Part shown: one piece after another, positions 63,456 to 64,000 of the stretch
How positions within the stretch are numbered: position 1 is the stretch's first letter
Layout of the letters: each line of letters opens with the position of its first letter
Assembly (NCBI RefSeq): GCF_054482525.1
Contig: NZ_CM137006.1
DNA: 64,000 nt
Strand: one strand, 5' to 3'
Program-made: the position numbers and the translations under genes
The notes under the pieces: model-generated
The model's input: the letters and a program-made list of their open reading frames with translations, nothing else
Databases searched by the model: none
Told to the model about the DNA's origin: nothing

Positions 63456-63944
63456 ATGCTGGAAGATCTGCGCGCCAACAGCTGGAGTTTACGCCCGTGC
63501 TGCATGGTTCTTGCCTATCGCGTCGCTCATTTTTGTTCGGTGTGGCGCAAAAAGAACGTCCTCAACAATCTGTGGGCGGCCCCGCTGCTGGTGCTGTATC
63601 GCATTATCACCGAATGCTTTTTCGGTTATGAAATCCAGGCCGCCGCGACCATTGGCCGACGCTTTACTATCCATCACGGTTACGCCGTGGTGATCAATAA
63701 AAACGTGGTCGTGGGGGATGATTTCACCATTCGCCACGGCGTCACTATCGGCAATCGTGGTGCCGATAACATGGCATGCCCACACATTGGCAACGGCGTC
63801 GAACTCGGTGCCAACGTCATTATTCTTGGTGATATCACGCTTGGTAACAACGTCACCGTGGGCGCGGGCAGCGTGGTGCTCGACTCTGTCCCGGACAACG
63901 CGCTGGTGGTGGGAGAAAAAGCGCGAGTGAAGGTAATTAAATGA
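63456..63944 (+). CDS. wcaB: Colanic acid acetyltransferase WcaB (hexapeptide-repeat, 162 aa)
   Basis: Left-handed beta-helix hexapeptide repeats (IGNGVELGANVIILGDITLGNNVTVGAGSVV). Confidence 0.95.
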   Translation: MLEDLRANSWSLRPCCMVLAYRVAHFCSVWRKKNVLNNLWAAPLLVLYRIITECFFGYEIQAAATIGRRFTIHHGYAVVINKNVVVGDDFTIRHGVTIGNRGADNMACPHIGNGVELGANVIILGDITLGNNVTVGAGSVVLDSVPDNALVVGEKARVKVIK

Positions 63945-64000
63945 ATATTCTGCAATTTAATGTGCGACTGGCGGAAGGCGGGGCAGCAGGTGTGGCGTTA
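63941..64000 (+). CDS. wcaC: Colanic acid glycosyltransferase WcaC, 5' end only (window edge)
   Basis: ATG overlapping the wcaB stop; MNILQFNVRLAEGGAAGVAL; truncated by the window. Confidence 0.8.
   Translation, partial: MNILQFNVRLAEGGAAGVAL

Noticed and set aside
1-64000. CRISPR arrays, tRNA and rRNA genes
   Set aside because: No regularly spaced short direct repeats, no tRNA-like cloverleaf sequences and no rRNA-like regions were seen; the only repeats are the IS3 ends, the inversion sites, the ibs/sib tandem units and REP elements.

Overview
The window is an E. coli-type chromosomal segment with two parts. Positions 1-29625 are the right-hand ~30 kb of a P2-like prophage; positions 29770-64000 are conserved core chromosome. 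The prophage runs from replication gene A (interrupted near its 3' end by a complete IS3 with 3-bp target duplications), through a visibly AT-rich two-gene cargo operon in the A-to-cos accessory slot, the cos site, and the complete structural/lysis module Q P | O N M L X Y K lysA lysB lysC R S | V W J I H G | FI FII E(E') T U D ogr, to the att core next to yegQ. Two further accessory loci sit in the prophage: an AT-rich reverse-strand membrane-protein moron between S and V, and an invertible tail-fibre segment with a Pin/Gin/Hin-type serine invertase at the Z/fun position. The core part carries yegQ, yegP, baeSR, mdtABCD, the tandem ibs/sib type I toxin-antitoxin repeats, yegL-yegK-yegI, yegD, alkA, dgcE, udk, dcd, asmA, yegH and the start of the colanic-acid cluster (wza, wzb, wzc, wcaA, wcaB, wcaC 5' end). 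The most interesting element is the cargo operon at 3792-6462: an ABC-type ATPase (Walker A GANSCGKS, Walker B/D-loop IIEQPEIHLHP, H-loop ETHS) translationally coupled to a 333-aa protein with no motif I can assign. It occupies the position where P2 carries old/tin and where related prophages carry anti-phage systems, so it is a candidate defence system that I cannot place in a named family from sequence alone. No rRNA, tRNA or CRISPR array was found.
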